A DNA stretch of 64,000 nt from a virus. The notes beneath the pieces were generated by a model, which worked only from the letters and a program-made list of their open reading frames with translations, did no database searches and was not told the DNA's origin. The position numbers and the translations under genes are program-made. Positions 39,736-50,294 of the stretch are shown piece after piece; positions within the stretch are counted from its first letter, which is position 1; each line of letters starts with the position of its first letter. The stretch lies in IMG/VR virus record IMGVR_UViG_3300021963_000034, positions 64,001 through 128,000 of that record; one strand, 5' to 3'.

Positions 39736-40182
39736 ATGGGAAAGTCAAGACAAACATCTAGTTTAGTTTCCAACGAACATATTTCTATAGATATAGTTAA
39801 TAGTAGAGTTGGCATAGGAACCACAAATCCAACATCTAAGTTGACAGTTATTGGTGATACTAGAATAACTGGAATATTAACTGTAGGGTCAAGTTCGATT
39901 ACGCTTGATGGGAATAATAATCAAGTTAATGTAGGAACTGGTATTACTTTACACCATACAAATGGTATTCAGGTAGGTTCTAGTAGAATACATTCAACCG
40001 GAATTGAATCTCAAAATTTGATCATTAATGGTGAAACATTATCTGGTGCTGGTGTTACTTATATTACTGCCGGAAGTGGTATTTCTATCGACCAATCTAC
40101 AGGAAATGTTACAATAACTGCTGCTGGTGGTGGCGGCATTTCAGAATCACAAGCAATTGCATATGCAATTGCACTTGGTTAG
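39736..40182 (+). CDS. short fibre-like virion protein
   Basis: [11 protein letters not shown] and GDTRITGILTVGSSS shared with the 8579 protein; ends AIAYAIALG. Confidence 0.75.
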   Translation: MGKSRQTSSLVSNEHISIDIVNSRVGIGTTNPTSKLTVIGDTRITGILTVGSSSITLDGNNNQVNVGTGITLHHTNGIQVGSSRIHSTGIESQNLIINGETLSGAGVTYITAGSGISIDQSTGNVTITAAGGGGISESQAIAYAIALG

Positions 40183-40232
40183 TTTATTCTAATCAAAACT
40201 ATAAATACTAAAAAGATAAGAACTATAAAATA

Positions 40233-43200
40233 ATGGCAAAGAAGCTTGTTTATAATTATACATTTAATCCAGGTGCTTCTGGTGTTGGTAATATTGTAAT
40301 TGAAGGAAATTATCCTGAGAGAACATTCCTTGTAATTACAAACACTACCGATAATATTATTATTTACAACTTTGCAGCTGCTGGATATGGTGGAACAACT
40401 ACCTACAGTACTGTTACAGACCATACGACATTATATTTTGATTATAATACTTCTGCAATGGATTCTACGGACTCCCTGCAAATTTTCTTAGATGTTCAAG
40501 AAGACAGAATAGATTTCTCAGAAACTTATATAGACCCGGTAAGCAAACTTAGAGTTTCTGAACCACAGAACCTCATTGATACTGACTTTGAATATGGATT
40601 ACAACCCACAAAGTGGGAAACTGTTGAGTTAGTAAATAATATTCCATCTTTTTATGCCAATAGCGCGGACTATACGATTGCAAATATTGTAAAAGTAGAA
40701 ACTGTTGCAGGATCAGAGAACGTAACAGTAACTACTGGAGATGCTCATAATTTAGTTGTTGGTGCTCCAATTGATGTTCAGGGTGTATCATCAAGAACTG
40801 CCGAAGGTAAGTTTTTGATTACTGCTGTCCCTACGACAACCACTTTTGTTTACAAGTCTAAGGGAATACAGGCATCCACTGGTGTAATTAATGGTGCTTA
40901 TACCACTATTACTCCTGGTCAGTTTTATGCTGGGTCGGAAATTAATATTGACGAATCAAAAGGTGTTGCGACTGATGGATTAACAAATTCATCACTTTCA
41001 ATAGAGACTGCATATTCACACGGATTTGATCCTGGAACAAGTGTTTATATCACAAATACTCTTGGTAGAGAAAGATATAATCTAACAGTTGGATTAGGAT
41101 CTACTGCACCTGATGGTAGACCTTATGTGGATTATGATGAAACACTTCCAATTAATTTATCTATAGATCCAAGTTTAACAGAAACAAAGGAGATGACCGG
41201 AACTTATGCATTTAAGTTCTCATCATCTGCGGTTAATACAACTGATAATACCATCACCTGGACAAATCACCAACTTCAAGCAGGTGATGTTCTTCTTTAT
41301 GTTCCACCATCAGGCGATACTCATATTGGAGGTCTACAAAGATTCCAGATTTATTATGTGAAGTCTGCACCAACTGCAAATACAATTACTTTATGCGAAA
41401 CGACAAATGGAGATTATACTAATAATGCTACTATTGACATAACATCACAAGGAACTTCTAATTATGGAAGACATCAATTAATTCTTGGTTATGAAATTAG
41501 TTATGCAACAAAGAATGCTAATAATTATGAGTCATTTTTTTATACAAGAAGATGGTGGAATGGATCTGGTTCTGGAAGAGATTTATACACTTATGAATTA
41601 GATCCAGTAAGTGGTAGATATGGATATCACGGTCTTGGAAAAGCATATCCTTCAAGAATAATCACTGCCCAAAAAAGCGGTGGAACTACTATAAGTAATA
41701 CTATTCACGCTGCTCCAACATATTCAACTCGTGATAATGCAAACTTCACTTTTGGAAAATCTGGAACAACTCCTGATGGATATGATTTCATAGAAGATTT
41801 TCAAAGATTTGAAACTTATTATTATCAAAATAATTATTATAATTATTGGTATTTCTATAATCCGGGATATTTTGTTGCTCCATATGTGAATGGATTTGAT
41901 TATAGCAATTCTGCATCACAAACTTATACTGCGGGTACTACCTTCATTTTCTTATTGAAAAAAGATACCGAATCTGATAGTTTTTACATTTCTAATCACG
42001 GATTAGCAAACAATTCATTAGCAACTTTAACAACTAGTAGTGGAAGTTCTCCATCATATAGAACTGAAACTGGTACATTTTATGGTACAACTCCAACAAC
42101 AGCAACTTTGGCAGGAGTATCGACATCAACTATTAGCGTATTAAATTCAAACAGAATTAGATTTGCTGGAACTTCTAGATTAGATTCTGCAGCAGGTTCT
42201 TATACTTTGACCGGAAGTTTAAATAATCCAACCGCAAATAGTATTTACTTAGGTGTTAATAATTTCACTAATAATCAAACTGTTTTTATATCTGCTGGTT
42301 CTGGCGGTGGATTACCAACCACTACAAGTGGAGTTGCTCAACCAAGTTTAAGCACTATTGATGTGGTTTATAATTCCGTTAAAACTGCACTGAATAGTAT
42401 TAAAACTACAATGGGTGCCGATACTTGGGATATGATTTTAACTGGAAGTAATCATCAAAATCCAATAACGCCAAATTACAATATAGTCAGTAATGGTATT
42501 CAATATTTTAACTATCAAAGAAGTTCTTTATATTTGACTAGGTATTCTCCTTCGACTGGATATAATTCTACTACTTTAAATTTACCAATAAGTGGTTTTG
42601 CAAATGGTCAATCATATGATTTTGCAACTGGTAGTGCAATTGCCGGACGTGGATATAATATGATTGCAACTCCTTTTGTTTCAAATACCACAGTACCATA
42701 TTTGATTGATTTGTTTCAAATTCCTTATGAAGCAGGAGTTCAATTTAGTGAGTTATATTATAATAATTGGTTTATATACAATTATGCATTATCTGGAACC
42801 CAAGATAATAGAAATGATTCTTATACAAATTGGATTTCTTTATCAAATGGTTGGAGATATCATTATGACACCAATTATATTGCACCACAGAGTCTTAATG
42901 GTTTTCATGGTCATATTTGTATGGTTGTCATTATTGATAACTCTAATTGGTCTGGATATTATTCCACGCCAAGTCCCAACATCTACTTCCCAGGAGGTCA
43001 ATATATGGCTCCATATACTTTTGGGTATATGGGACAAAGATATGTTGCCAATGTTATTATTCCAGTAAAAGCGGGAACTACTACAACCAAATATGGTGCT
43101 TCTGGTTCTACATTAACCAATGCACAAATCGCGTCTAACATTGCAACAGAAATTTCAAATGCTCTTGTAAATCCTTCTTTCTCTGGACAAACAAACCAAC

Positions 43201-45857
43201 AAGCAAAAGTTGATGTTGTTAATGGAAATAGAATTAGATTAAAATCTTCTACAAATACCGTATATGATTTTACAGGATTTGGAACTGCACCAATAAGTTT
43301 AGAGACCGATGAAATTATCGGTGCATTAGATGGGTATTATAATGTAACTTCAACGACACCAACCACTGCAAATATTCTCTTGAATAGAGAAGTTCCTAAG
43401 AGAGTTCTTGGTCTTACAAGTTCTAATTTTACTTCTGTTGGTGGTGTTGTTTATATCAATTACTCCGGACATAAACTTAAATTAACACAACAAGTTGTAT
43501 TTAATCAAACTACCTCACAAAATACTATTTCCGGATTAACAAGTGGAACAACATATTATGCTGTTCCTGCAGGACCAAGTTATTTTTCTCTTGCATCAAC
43601 TAAGCAGGATGCGGCAGGTGGAAATGTTATTAGTATTGGAACTACAACGACAGGAACCTTTAATTTTACAGTTCCTTCAGTTTCTGGAATTGCATCTGGA
43701 CCAGGAACAGTTGGTATCACATCTGATCTTAGAACTATTACTGGAACTGGAACTTTATTCAAGAGATTTTTCAAGTCCGGTGATACAATCCAAATAGAAG
43801 ATACTACAACCACACCATCTTCTTATAAAAATCTTATAGTTTCTTCTGTCATTGATGACACTATTATTACAGTGCAAGATACTCCTGGTATTACACTTGC
43901 TTCTACGCCACATTTTATTAGTACTAAAGTTAATGTAAGACCTGATGGAACAAACTTACATCGTCCTTTTGATGGTGGTGTTGAAATTACGGCAGGTACT
44001 TCGCCAAATAGTGTTATTACTAGACAAACTCGTAAGTATTTCCGTTATCAGTCTGGTAAAGGTATTCAGTGTTCTCTTGCAATTAACTTTAACCCATCAA
44101 GAGTTGCAACTTCTGCTGTTGGCGTGGGTACAACTGCAACTATCACAACAAAATATCCTCACGGACTATCCACTAGTAATAGAGTGACTATTAAGGGATC
44201 TACTGATACCGCTTATAATGGAACATTCAATATTATTTCTAGCACTCCTTTTACATTCAAATATAATATGTTATCAACTCCCGCATCATCGGTTGCTGAT
44301 GGTATTATTGAATATAATATTGACAGTTGGGCAAATAGTGTTATTCGTGCTGGATTATTTGACTATCAGAATGGTTTCTTCTTTGAGTTTGATGGATCTA
44401 CTTTATATGCAGTAAGGAGATCTTCTGTTCAACAATTACCAGGAACAGCATCAGTTCAAAAAGGTTCTAATATTGTTTATGGTACGGACACAAACTTTGA
44501 TGGTCAACTTTCGGTTGGAGGATATGTTGTTATTCGTGGTGGGTCTTATAAGATAACCAGACTGGTAAGTAATAGTGAAATGCACATTCAACCAGCATAT
44601 AGAGGTTTGAGTGCAAGCGATATCATTATCACCAAAACTATTGATACAAGAGTTCCACAAACACAGTGGAATATTGATAAGGCAGATGGAACCGGACCAT
44701 CAGGATTTGTTCTGGACAAAACTAAAATTCAGATGGCATATCTTGACTATTCTTGGTACGGTGCTGGTAAGATCCGTTTTGGATTTAAGGATACTTATGG
44801 TCATGTTAAGTATATGCACGAGTTTAGACACAATAACCGTCTAGAAGAAGCATATATGAGATCTGGTAATATTCCTGGTCGTTATGAGATTGAAAACATT
44901 GGAACACCAACTTATATTCCATCACTATTCCACTGGGGAACCTCTGTTATTATGGATGGTAGATTTGACGATGATAAAGCATATCTCTTTACTGCATCTT
45001 CAAATTCTTTGATCTTCACGAACGGTGCATCAGTTACTGCAACCACAAATGCAAGTTCTGCTTTAACCAGTCAATACAACTTTCAATTTAGAAATTATGA
45101 TTGGTATGTGAGACTTGCTTTCCCTATTGCTGATGCTGCTAAGTTTAGTACGGGAACTAAACTTTATGCAACAGGATCTTTAAATGGTCAAGAAGTTGCA
45201 TATACCCAATATTCTGGATCCACTTTTTATGTGTTTATCTTTATCCAAAGATCTTCCTCTGCACCAGCGGTTTATCCAACTGTAAATACTTCAACTGTTG
45301 TTAATATTGGTGCTCCTTCAACTGGCGGAACAGTGGTTGATCTTACAAAGGATATTCCTCTAATTAGTATTCGTCTTGCACCTTCTGTTGATAATAACCT
45401 TACTGGTGCTGTTGGACAAAGGGAGATTATTAACCGAATGCAGTTGCAGTTGAAGTCACTGGGTATGACACTTTCTCACGATTGTGAAGTTGATCTTATT
45501 CTGAATGGATCTATTAGTAACTTAGATTTTACTTCGGTAAACAATCCTTCGCTTTCTCAACTTATTAAACACAGTACAGGTGATAAAGTTATTGGTGGAA
45601 CCACTATTTTCTCTCTGAGAGCTTCTGGTGGTTCTGCGGGTATTAGCACTTCATCAAAGAGATTATCTAATACTACGGACTTTGATCTTTCCCAGATTAC
45701 TGACTTGGGCAATTGTATACTTGGTGGTGATGGTGTATATCCAAATGGACCCGACCTTCTTACTATTGCAATTAAACCAGTTGATACCTCGGAAATTAAC
45801 GCAACTTCACCGCTTACAGTTTCTTCTAGAATTACCTGGACAGAATCTCAGGCATAA
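40233..45857 (+). CDS. large virion structural/tail protein
   Basis: 1874 aa; DPVSKLRVSEPQNLIDTDFEYGLQ and RQTRKYFRYQSGKGIQ..YSWYGAGKIRFG motifs; TATAAATA at 40200. Confidence 0.8.
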   Translation: MAKKLVYNYTFNPGASGVGNIVIEGNYPERTFLVITNTTDNIIIYNFAAAGYGGTTTYSTVTDHTTLYFDYNTSAMDSTDSLQIFLDVQEDRIDFSETYIDPVSKLRVSEPQNLIDTDFEYGLQPTKWETVELVNNIPSFYANSADYTIANIVKVETVAGSENVTVTTGDAHNLVVGAPIDVQGVSSRTAEGKFLITAVPTTTTFVYKSKGIQASTGVINGAYTTITPGQFYAGSEINIDESKGVATDGLTNSSLSIETAYSHGFDPGTSVYITNTLGRERYNLTVGLGSTAPDGRPYVDYDETLPINLSIDPSLTETKEMTGTYAFKFSSSAVNTTDNTITWTNHQLQAGDVLLYVPPSGDTHIGGLQRFQIYYVKSAPTANTITLCETTNGDYTNNATIDITSQGTSNYGRHQLILGYEISYATKNANNYESFFYTRRWWNGSGSGRDLYTYELDPVSGRYGYHGLGKAYPSRIITAQKSGGTTISNTIHAAPTYSTRDNANFTFGKSGTTPDGYDFIEDFQRFETYYYQNNYYNYWYFYNPGYFVAPYVNGFDYSNSASQTYTAGTTFIFLLKKDTESDSFYISNHGLANNSLATLTTSSGSSPSYRTETGTFYGTTPTTATLAGVSTSTISVLNSNRIRFAGTSRLDSAAGSYTLTGSLNNPTANSIYLGVNNFTNNQTVFISAGSGGGLPTTTSGVAQPSLSTIDVVYNSVKTALNSIKTTMGADTWDMILTGSNHQNPITPNYNIVSNGIQYFNYQRSSLYLTRYSPSTGYNSTTLNLPISGFANGQSYDFATGSAIAGRGYNMIATPFVSNTTVPYLIDLFQIPYEAGVQFSELYYNNWFIYNYALSGTQDNRNDSYTNWISLSNGWRYHYDTNYIAPQSLNGFHGHICMVVIIDNSNWSGYYSTPSPNIYFPGGQYMAPYTFGYMGQRYVANVIIPVKAGTTTTKYGASGSTLTNAQIASNIATEISNALVNPSFSGQTNQQAKVDVVNGNRIRLKSSTNTVYDFTGFGTAPISLETDEIIGALDGYYNVTSTTPTTANILLNREVPKRVLGLTSSNFTSVGGVVYINYSGHKLKLTQQVVFNQTTSQNTISGLTSGTTYYAVPAGPSYFSLASTKQDAAGGNVISIGTTTTGTFNFTVPSVSGIASGPGTVGITSDLRTITGTGTLFKRFFKSGDTIQIEDTTTTPSSYKNLIVSSVIDDTIITVQDTPGITLASTPHFISTKVNVRPDGTNLHRPFDGGVEITAGTSPNSVITRQTRKYFRYQSGKGIQCSLAINFNPSRVATSAVGVGTTATITTKYPHGLSTSNRVTIKGSTDTAYNGTFNIISSTPFTFKYNMLSTPASSVADGIIEYNIDSWANSVIRAGLFDYQNGFFFEFDGSTLYAVRRSSVQQLPGTASVQKGSNIVYGTDTNFDGQLSVGGYVVIRGGSYKITRLVSNSEMHIQPAYRGLSASDIIITKTIDTRVPQTQWNIDKADGTGPSGFVLDKTKIQMAYLDYSWYGAGKIRFGFKDTYGHVKYMHEFRHNNRLEEAYMRSGNIPGRYEIENIGTPTYIPSLFHWGTSVIMDGRFDDDKAYLFTASSNSLIFTNGASVTATTNASSALTSQYNFQFRNYDWYVRLAFPIADAAKFSTGTKLYATGSLNGQEVAYTQYSGSTFYVFIFIQRSSSAPAVYPTVNTSTVVNIGAPSTGGTVVDLTKDIPLISIRLAPSVDNNLTGAVGQREIINRMQLQLKSLGMTLSHDCEVDLILNGSISNLDFTSVNNPSLSQLIKHSTGDKVIGGTTIFSLRASGGSAGISTSSKRLSNTTDFDLSQITDLGNCILGGDGVYPNGPDLLTIAIKPVDTSEINATSPLTVSSRITWTESQA

Positions 45858-45905
45858 TAAAGGCAAAATAAATACTAAAAAGATTAGTGTGATTTGATTA
45901 ATTAA

Positions 45906-46880
45906 ATGAACTTTGTAAAACTTGCCCTTGAAAATGGTGGGAAAGTAAAACCATTACTTATAAACCCACAAGATTTATCGGGACCATCTCTCACAAACCC
46001 ATCAGTCCTTGTAGTAAACGGCAAGATAATAGTAAATATCAGAAATGTCAACTATACGCTTTATCATGCAGAATTGAATAGATTTGAACATCTTTGGGGT
46101 CCATTGTCATATATTCATCCAGAGAATGATATGCACTTAAGGACCACAAATTATATTGCGGAACTTGATGAAAATTTAGAGGTAGTTTATTCTACTAAAA
46201 TAGATACCTCCAAATTTGATACATATAAACCACAATGGGAATTTGTTGGTTTAGAAGACTGCAGATTAATTAACTGGGATGATCGTATTTACATTTGCGG
46301 AGTAAGGAGAGATTTAGATACAAAAGGAACTGGAAGGATGGAACTTTCGGAACTTGAATTTACAGATTCAGAAGTCAAAGAAGTATCTAGATACCGTATT
46401 CCAGGACCACCACCAGATAATGAATACTGTATGAAAAATTGCACTCCTATCGAGGGCAAACCATTCCATCTAATGAAATGGACAAATCCAACATGTTTAA
46501 TGAAGTTTGATCCTAATGGTGGAGAAACTAAAGTTTTTGAGACTAATTCAAAAACTGAAGGAATGAATGATATGAGGGGCGGATCTCAAGTTATTAAATG
46601 GAAAAATGGATATCTAACATTAATTCACGAGACTGAATTATATAATAGTGAGCAAGGAAGAAAAAACGCAACATATCGTCACCGATTTGTTTACTGGGAT
46701 AAAGACTTTAAAAATCAAAAGTTTTCAAAGTTATTTTCATTTTTGAATATGAAAATAGAATTCTGTTGTGGTCTTGCAGCATATCAAGATGATTTTTTAA
46801 TTACCTTTGGAGCACAAGATAACGCCGCATATATTTTAAAAGTTTCTCAATCTTTGGTGGAGGATTTTATCAATGAATGA
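45906..46880 (+). CDS. GH130-like beta-propeller glycosidase/phosphorylase
   Basis: TNPS..GLEDCRL..KNCTP..RGGSQ..H..YRHRF..IEFCCG..FGAQD. Confidence 0.6.
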   Translation: MNFVKLALENGGKVKPLLINPQDLSGPSLTNPSVLVVNGKIIVNIRNVNYTLYHAELNRFEHLWGPLSYIHPENDMHLRTTNYIAELDENLEVVYSTKIDTSKFDTYKPQWEFVGLEDCRLINWDDRIYICGVRRDLDTKGTGRMELSELEFTDSEVKEVSRYRIPGPPPDNEYCMKNCTPIEGKPFHLMKWTNPTCLMKFDPNGGETKVFETNSKTEGMNDMRGGSQVIKWKNGYLTLIHETELYNSEQGRKNATYRHRFVYWDKDFKNQKFSKLFSFLNMKIEFCCGLAAYQDDFLITFGAQDNAAYILKVSQSLVEDFINE

Positions 46881-48714
46881 ACTACTTGAATTTAGTTTAG
46901 ATACCGAGAACGCAGAAAAAAATTATATTCTTGCTAAGTGGTATGAAAACGAAGGTCATACTGCTCCTGCTCATACTTATTATTTGAGGGCAGCAGAAAG
47001 AGCAGAAAATGATAATCTTGCATATCAAGCACTCATAAGAGCATCATTCTGTTATAAATCACAGGGTTCAAGAGATGGTACAGAAAAAGTTCTTCTTGAG
47101 AACGCACTCAATCTTCTTCCACAAAGACCAGAAGCATATTATTTTCTTTCTTTGTTATATGAAAGAAAACAAGAATGGCAAAATTCTTACACATATGCAA
47201 ATCTAGGTCTTCAACAAACTATAGACGATGTACTAGATCTTCCAGAGTTCAAAGGAAAATATCTACTCATCTTCCAGAAAGCAGTTTCTGCTTGGTGGTG
47301 GGGAAGAGGAATGGAATCCAGAAAACTTTTTCATTCTTTAGTTGACGATTATTGGAATGAAATGGATGAAACTCACAAAAGATCAGTAGAAGATAATATA
47401 ACTCGTCTTGGTTCAGGTCCAGAATCTCAAGCATTTCATACTTACACAAAAGAAGATTACTCAAAACTAAGATTTAAGTTTGATAACTCATCCATCATTG
47501 AGAGAAACTATTCTCAAGTTTATCAAGATATGTTTATTCTTTCAATGCTCAATGGAAAAAAGAATGGAACATTCCTTGAGATTGGTGGTGCCGATCCATT
47601 TAAGGGTAATAATACTGCTCTACTTGAAAAGACTTTTGGTTGGACTGGTGTTTCTATTGAGTATGATGAAAAATTTATAAACAACTATAGAAATAATAGA
47701 ACTGCAAAACTACTTCATGATAATGCACTGACAATTAATTATGAAAAACTACTAGAAGAAAACTTTGAAGGAAATATTATTGATTATCTGCAGTTAGATA
47801 TCGAACCAGCAAAAAATACTTATGAGTGTATGTTGAGAGTTCCTTTTGACAAATACAAATTTGCAGTGATTACTTATGAACATGATTATTATGTAGATGT
47901 CACAAGATCTTTTCGAGAAAAATCAAGAGAATTTCTAACAAGTAAAGGTTATATTTTAGTGGCGAATGATTTGTCACCAGATGGAAAGTCTAATTTTGAA
48001 GATTGGTGGGTACATCCAGATCTAGTTGATGAAAATATTATCAATAAGATGAAATCAATTATTGAAGGGACTCATCATGCAAAAGAATATATTTTAAGTT
48101 CATCGGGAGAAGAACCAGATTTTTTTAAATTAAGTGTAAACTCCAAACCAACTTCTTGGATTGTAGATAATTTTTACGAAAATCCCAATCAAGTTAGAGA
48201 GTTTGCACTTAACCAAGATTATGTTGAAGGTGGATTTGGTAGAGGATTTATTGGTAGGCGCACAGAACAGCAATTTTTATTTCCAGGTCTCAAAGAAAGA
48301 TTTGAAGAGATTATGGGAAGAAAAATTATTAAGTGGGAAGACTATGGAATGAATGGTCGTTTTCAAATTGCTTGGTCTGGCGAACCATTAGTATATCACT
48401 GCGATAGTCAAAAATGGGGAGGGATGATATATCTTACTCCAGATGCTCCGTATGAATGTGGGACTACACTATATGCCCACAAGCAAACAAGAGCAAGAAC
48501 TTATTTTGATGAAGGATGGGATGCTTCTTGGAAAGATGTTCCTGGAGATTGTCACTTAGATGGAACACCATTTGAACCAGTTGATGTTCTTGGAAATGTT
48601 TATAACCGTTTAGTTATTTTTGACGCAAGCGCAATTCATTCAGCATCGAAATATTTTGGAACTGTCAAAGAAAATGCAAGATTTTGGCAAATGTTCTTTT
48701 TTGACACTGAGTAG
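46873..48714 (+). CDS. fusion: TPR + FkbM-like SAM methyltransferase + DUF6445-like 2OG-Fe(II) oxygenase
   Basis: PQRPEAYYFLS (TPR); YSQVYQD..FLEIGG..GWTGVSIE..IDYLQLDIE..EDWWV; IVDNFYENP..HCD..YLTP..YNRLVIFD..H. Confidence 0.75.
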   Translation: MNELLEFSLDTENAEKNYILAKWYENEGHTAPAHTYYLRAAERAENDNLAYQALIRASFCYKSQGSRDGTEKVLLENALNLLPQRPEAYYFLSLLYERKQEWQNSYTYANLGLQQTIDDVLDLPEFKGKYLLIFQKAVSAWWWGRGMESRKLFHSLVDDYWNEMDETHKRSVEDNITRLGSGPESQAFHTYTKEDYSKLRFKFDNSSIIERNYSQVYQDMFILSMLNGKKNGTFLEIGGADPFKGNNTALLEKTFGWTGVSIEYDEKFINNYRNNRTAKLLHDNALTINYEKLLEENFEGNIIDYLQLDIEPAKNTYECMLRVPFDKYKFAVITYEHDYYVDVTRSFREKSREFLTSKGYILVANDLSPDGKSNFEDWWVHPDLVDENIINKMKSIIEGTHHAKEYILSSSGEEPDFFKLSVNSKPTSWIVDNFYENPNQVREFALNQDYVEGGFGRGFIGRRTEQQFLFPGLKERFEEIMGRKIIKWEDYGMNGRFQIAWSGEPLVYHCDSQKWGGMIYLTPDAPYECGTTLYAHKQTRARTYFDEGWDASWKDVPGDCHLDGTPFEPVDVLGNVYNRLVIFDASAIHSASKYFGTVKENARFWQMFFFDTE

Positions 48715-48770
48715 ACACTTCAGAAACTGTCCTAAGACCCTCCAGAATCGCTCTGGAGGGTCTTATAGTA
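48714..48770 (+). promoter_or_regulatory. early promoter/stem-loop element copy 1
   Basis: GACACTT-cagaAACTGTC; 14-bp hairpin taagaccctccaga/tctggagggtctta; -10 TATAGT. Confidence 0.7.
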
Positions 48771-48791
48771 TGCACATACCGCTCAAGACTA

Positions 48792-48896
48792 ATGAGGTAT
48801 TCCAATTTAGACCGACTTATTTTTGTTGGTTCTTTTTTATGGTTTATTCACTGGATTACAAAAGTATCTGAGGTAACACTAAACGCACTATTCTGA
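48792..48896 (+). CDS. small hydrophobic peptide (34 aa)
   Basis: MRYSNLDRLIFVGSFLWFIHWITKVSEVTLNALF*, TGATG coupling to next gene; not in ORF track. Confidence 0.55.
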   Translation: MRYSNLDRLIFVGSFLWFIHWITKVSEVTLNALF

Positions 48897-49351
48897 TGTT
48901 TACATTATACACCAGTGGTTACAACTATAGCAAGCGTCGTTGTACTGATGCTACAAATTGGTTCATTCAAAAGTATCTTCCACGACACAAAATTGAAATC
49001 ACTGTAAATCATCGTGGTCTCGCAAGAGAAGGAGTTTATGGTTGGTGTAGTGTGGTTGATTGTAACTATCGCCCTCGTGAGTTTGAGATTGAACTACATA
49101 ATCAAATGAACTCCGATCTTTATCTCCAGACCCTCTTCCACGAACTCTATCACGTTTATCAACACGTTATGGGTAATCTGAAGGATAAGCACGGCAAACG
49201 TCTCTGGAAGGGCATAGACCATACGGAGACGGACTATTCTGAACAACCTTGGGAAGTAGAAGCACATCAAGTTGAAGAACAACTCTACAATGAATACCTA
49301 GGACTGAATGACTTTGTATATTCTTTCCCTAACCGCTTGACACAACCCTGA
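48896..49351 (+). CDS. zincin-like HExxH metallopeptidase-fold protein
   Basis: TLFHELYHVYQH..DYSEQPWEVEA. Confidence 0.75.
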   Translation: MFTLYTSGYNYSKRRCTDATNWFIQKYLPRHKIEITVNHRGLAREGVYGWCSVVDCNYRPREFEIELHNQMNSDLYLQTLFHELYHVYQHVMGNLKDKHGKRLWKGIDHTETDYSEQPWEVEAHQVEEQLYNEYLGLNDFVYSFPNRLTQP

Positions 49352-49365
49352 AAACTCTGTACAAT
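49337..49365 (+). promoter_or_regulatory. sigma70-like promoter
   Basis: TTGACA -17 nt- TACAAT. Confidence 0.65.
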
Positions 49366-49389
49366 GACCTTTGTGGAGGTTGAAAACCT

Positions 49390-49608
49390 ATGAACTCTAT
49401 GAAAACATCGAAAACTAAAAAACAATTTGTGAATGTGACTCCATTGAGTTCTAAAGCAAAGAATCGTTTTATAAATCAAATGGATTCTCTACATGCTATG
49501 GAAGTAGAGCAGGAAACTGATACTCAACTTTTTGTTGTTTCTATCAATCGTCGCTACTGCTTTTGGATTCCAAAAGTTGGTAATGAACATTGGGATATTG
49601 TAAAATGA
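49390..49608 (+). CDS. hypothetical protein, cyanophage-like
   Basis: VTPLSSKAKNRF..MDSLH; GGAGG RBS. Confidence 0.7.
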   Translation: MNSMKTSKTKKQFVNVTPLSSKAKNRFINQMDSLHAMEVEQETDTQLFVVSINRRYCFWIPKVGNEHWDIVK

Positions 49609-49916
49609 TTGGATTGATTGCTGGTCTTACATGTGGAATCAGCACTTTTTATGGTGTTGGTGATGGTTTTCATGGTCAACGTACTGCTAATGGAGAACGT
49701 TTTGATGCTTATCGTTGGACTGCTGCTCACCCTTACCTTCCCATGGGAAGTAAAATTAGAGTCACAAACCAAGATAACGGAAAACAAGTCATTGTTCGTG
49801 TAAATGATCGTGGACCTTATTCTCATGCTGACTTAGATCTATCTTATGCTGCTTTTGCTCATATTGAATCTGTAAAAAAAGGAAACGCTGTCGTTTGTTG
49901 GAGGGTTGTTGGATGA
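49605..49916 (+). CDS. rlpA: RlpA-like double-psi beta-barrel lytic transglycosylase
   Basis: STFYG..FHGQRTANGERFD..TAAHPYLPMGSKIRVTN..VRVNDRGPY..DLSYAAF. Confidence 0.92.
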   Translation: MIGLIAGLTCGISTFYGVGDGFHGQRTANGERFDAYRWTAAHPYLPMGSKIRVTNQDNGKQVIVRVNDRGPYSHADLDLSYAAFAHIESVKKGNAVVCWRVVG

Positions 49917-50287
49917 AAAAACTGATTATTCTTGCTACACTTATTTTCTCTTCTCCCGTATTTGCGCAGGAAACATATCGTCCATTTCGATATGAAACTC
50001 CATGTATGATTGAACAAGGTATTCAAACCTACCCCGATGTATGTGTTGTGATTGAAACCCGTGAAAAGGGTGGAGCACTTCGAACTCGCAACATTTATTC
50101 TAATAAACATAGTCTGACTATCAAAGGACGATTTGATAAAGAAAAAGGATACCTGACATGGGATTCTTATAATAAATTTGAATACAAGTGGGACTATAAA
50201 GTTGGTGGTTCTGGTGGTGTTGATGGTCTTGGTGCATGGACTTATGTAATGCCTGGATTCCTTGTTCAAAATGTAAGTTGGGATTAA
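49913..50287 (+). CDS. hypothetical exported protein
   Basis: Signal peptide MKKLIILATLIFSSPVFA. Confidence 0.7.
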   Translation: MKKLIILATLIFSSPVFAQETYRPFRYETPCMIEQGIQTYPDVCVVIETREKGGALRTRNIYSNKHSLTIKGRFDKEKGYLTWDSYNKFEYKWDYKVGGSGGVDGLGAWTYVMPGFLVQNVSWD

Positions 50288-50294
50288 TTTTTAT

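Noticed and set aside
2867-45897. Many 60-150 aa antisense or off-frame ORFs inside large genes
   Set aside because: Fully nested in well-supported genes, lack RBS or motifs, expected from codon bias.
48620-48871. 83-aa ORF from the track
   Set aside because: Overlaps the upstream gene and crosses the promoter element; the 34-aa ORF at 48792 fits better.
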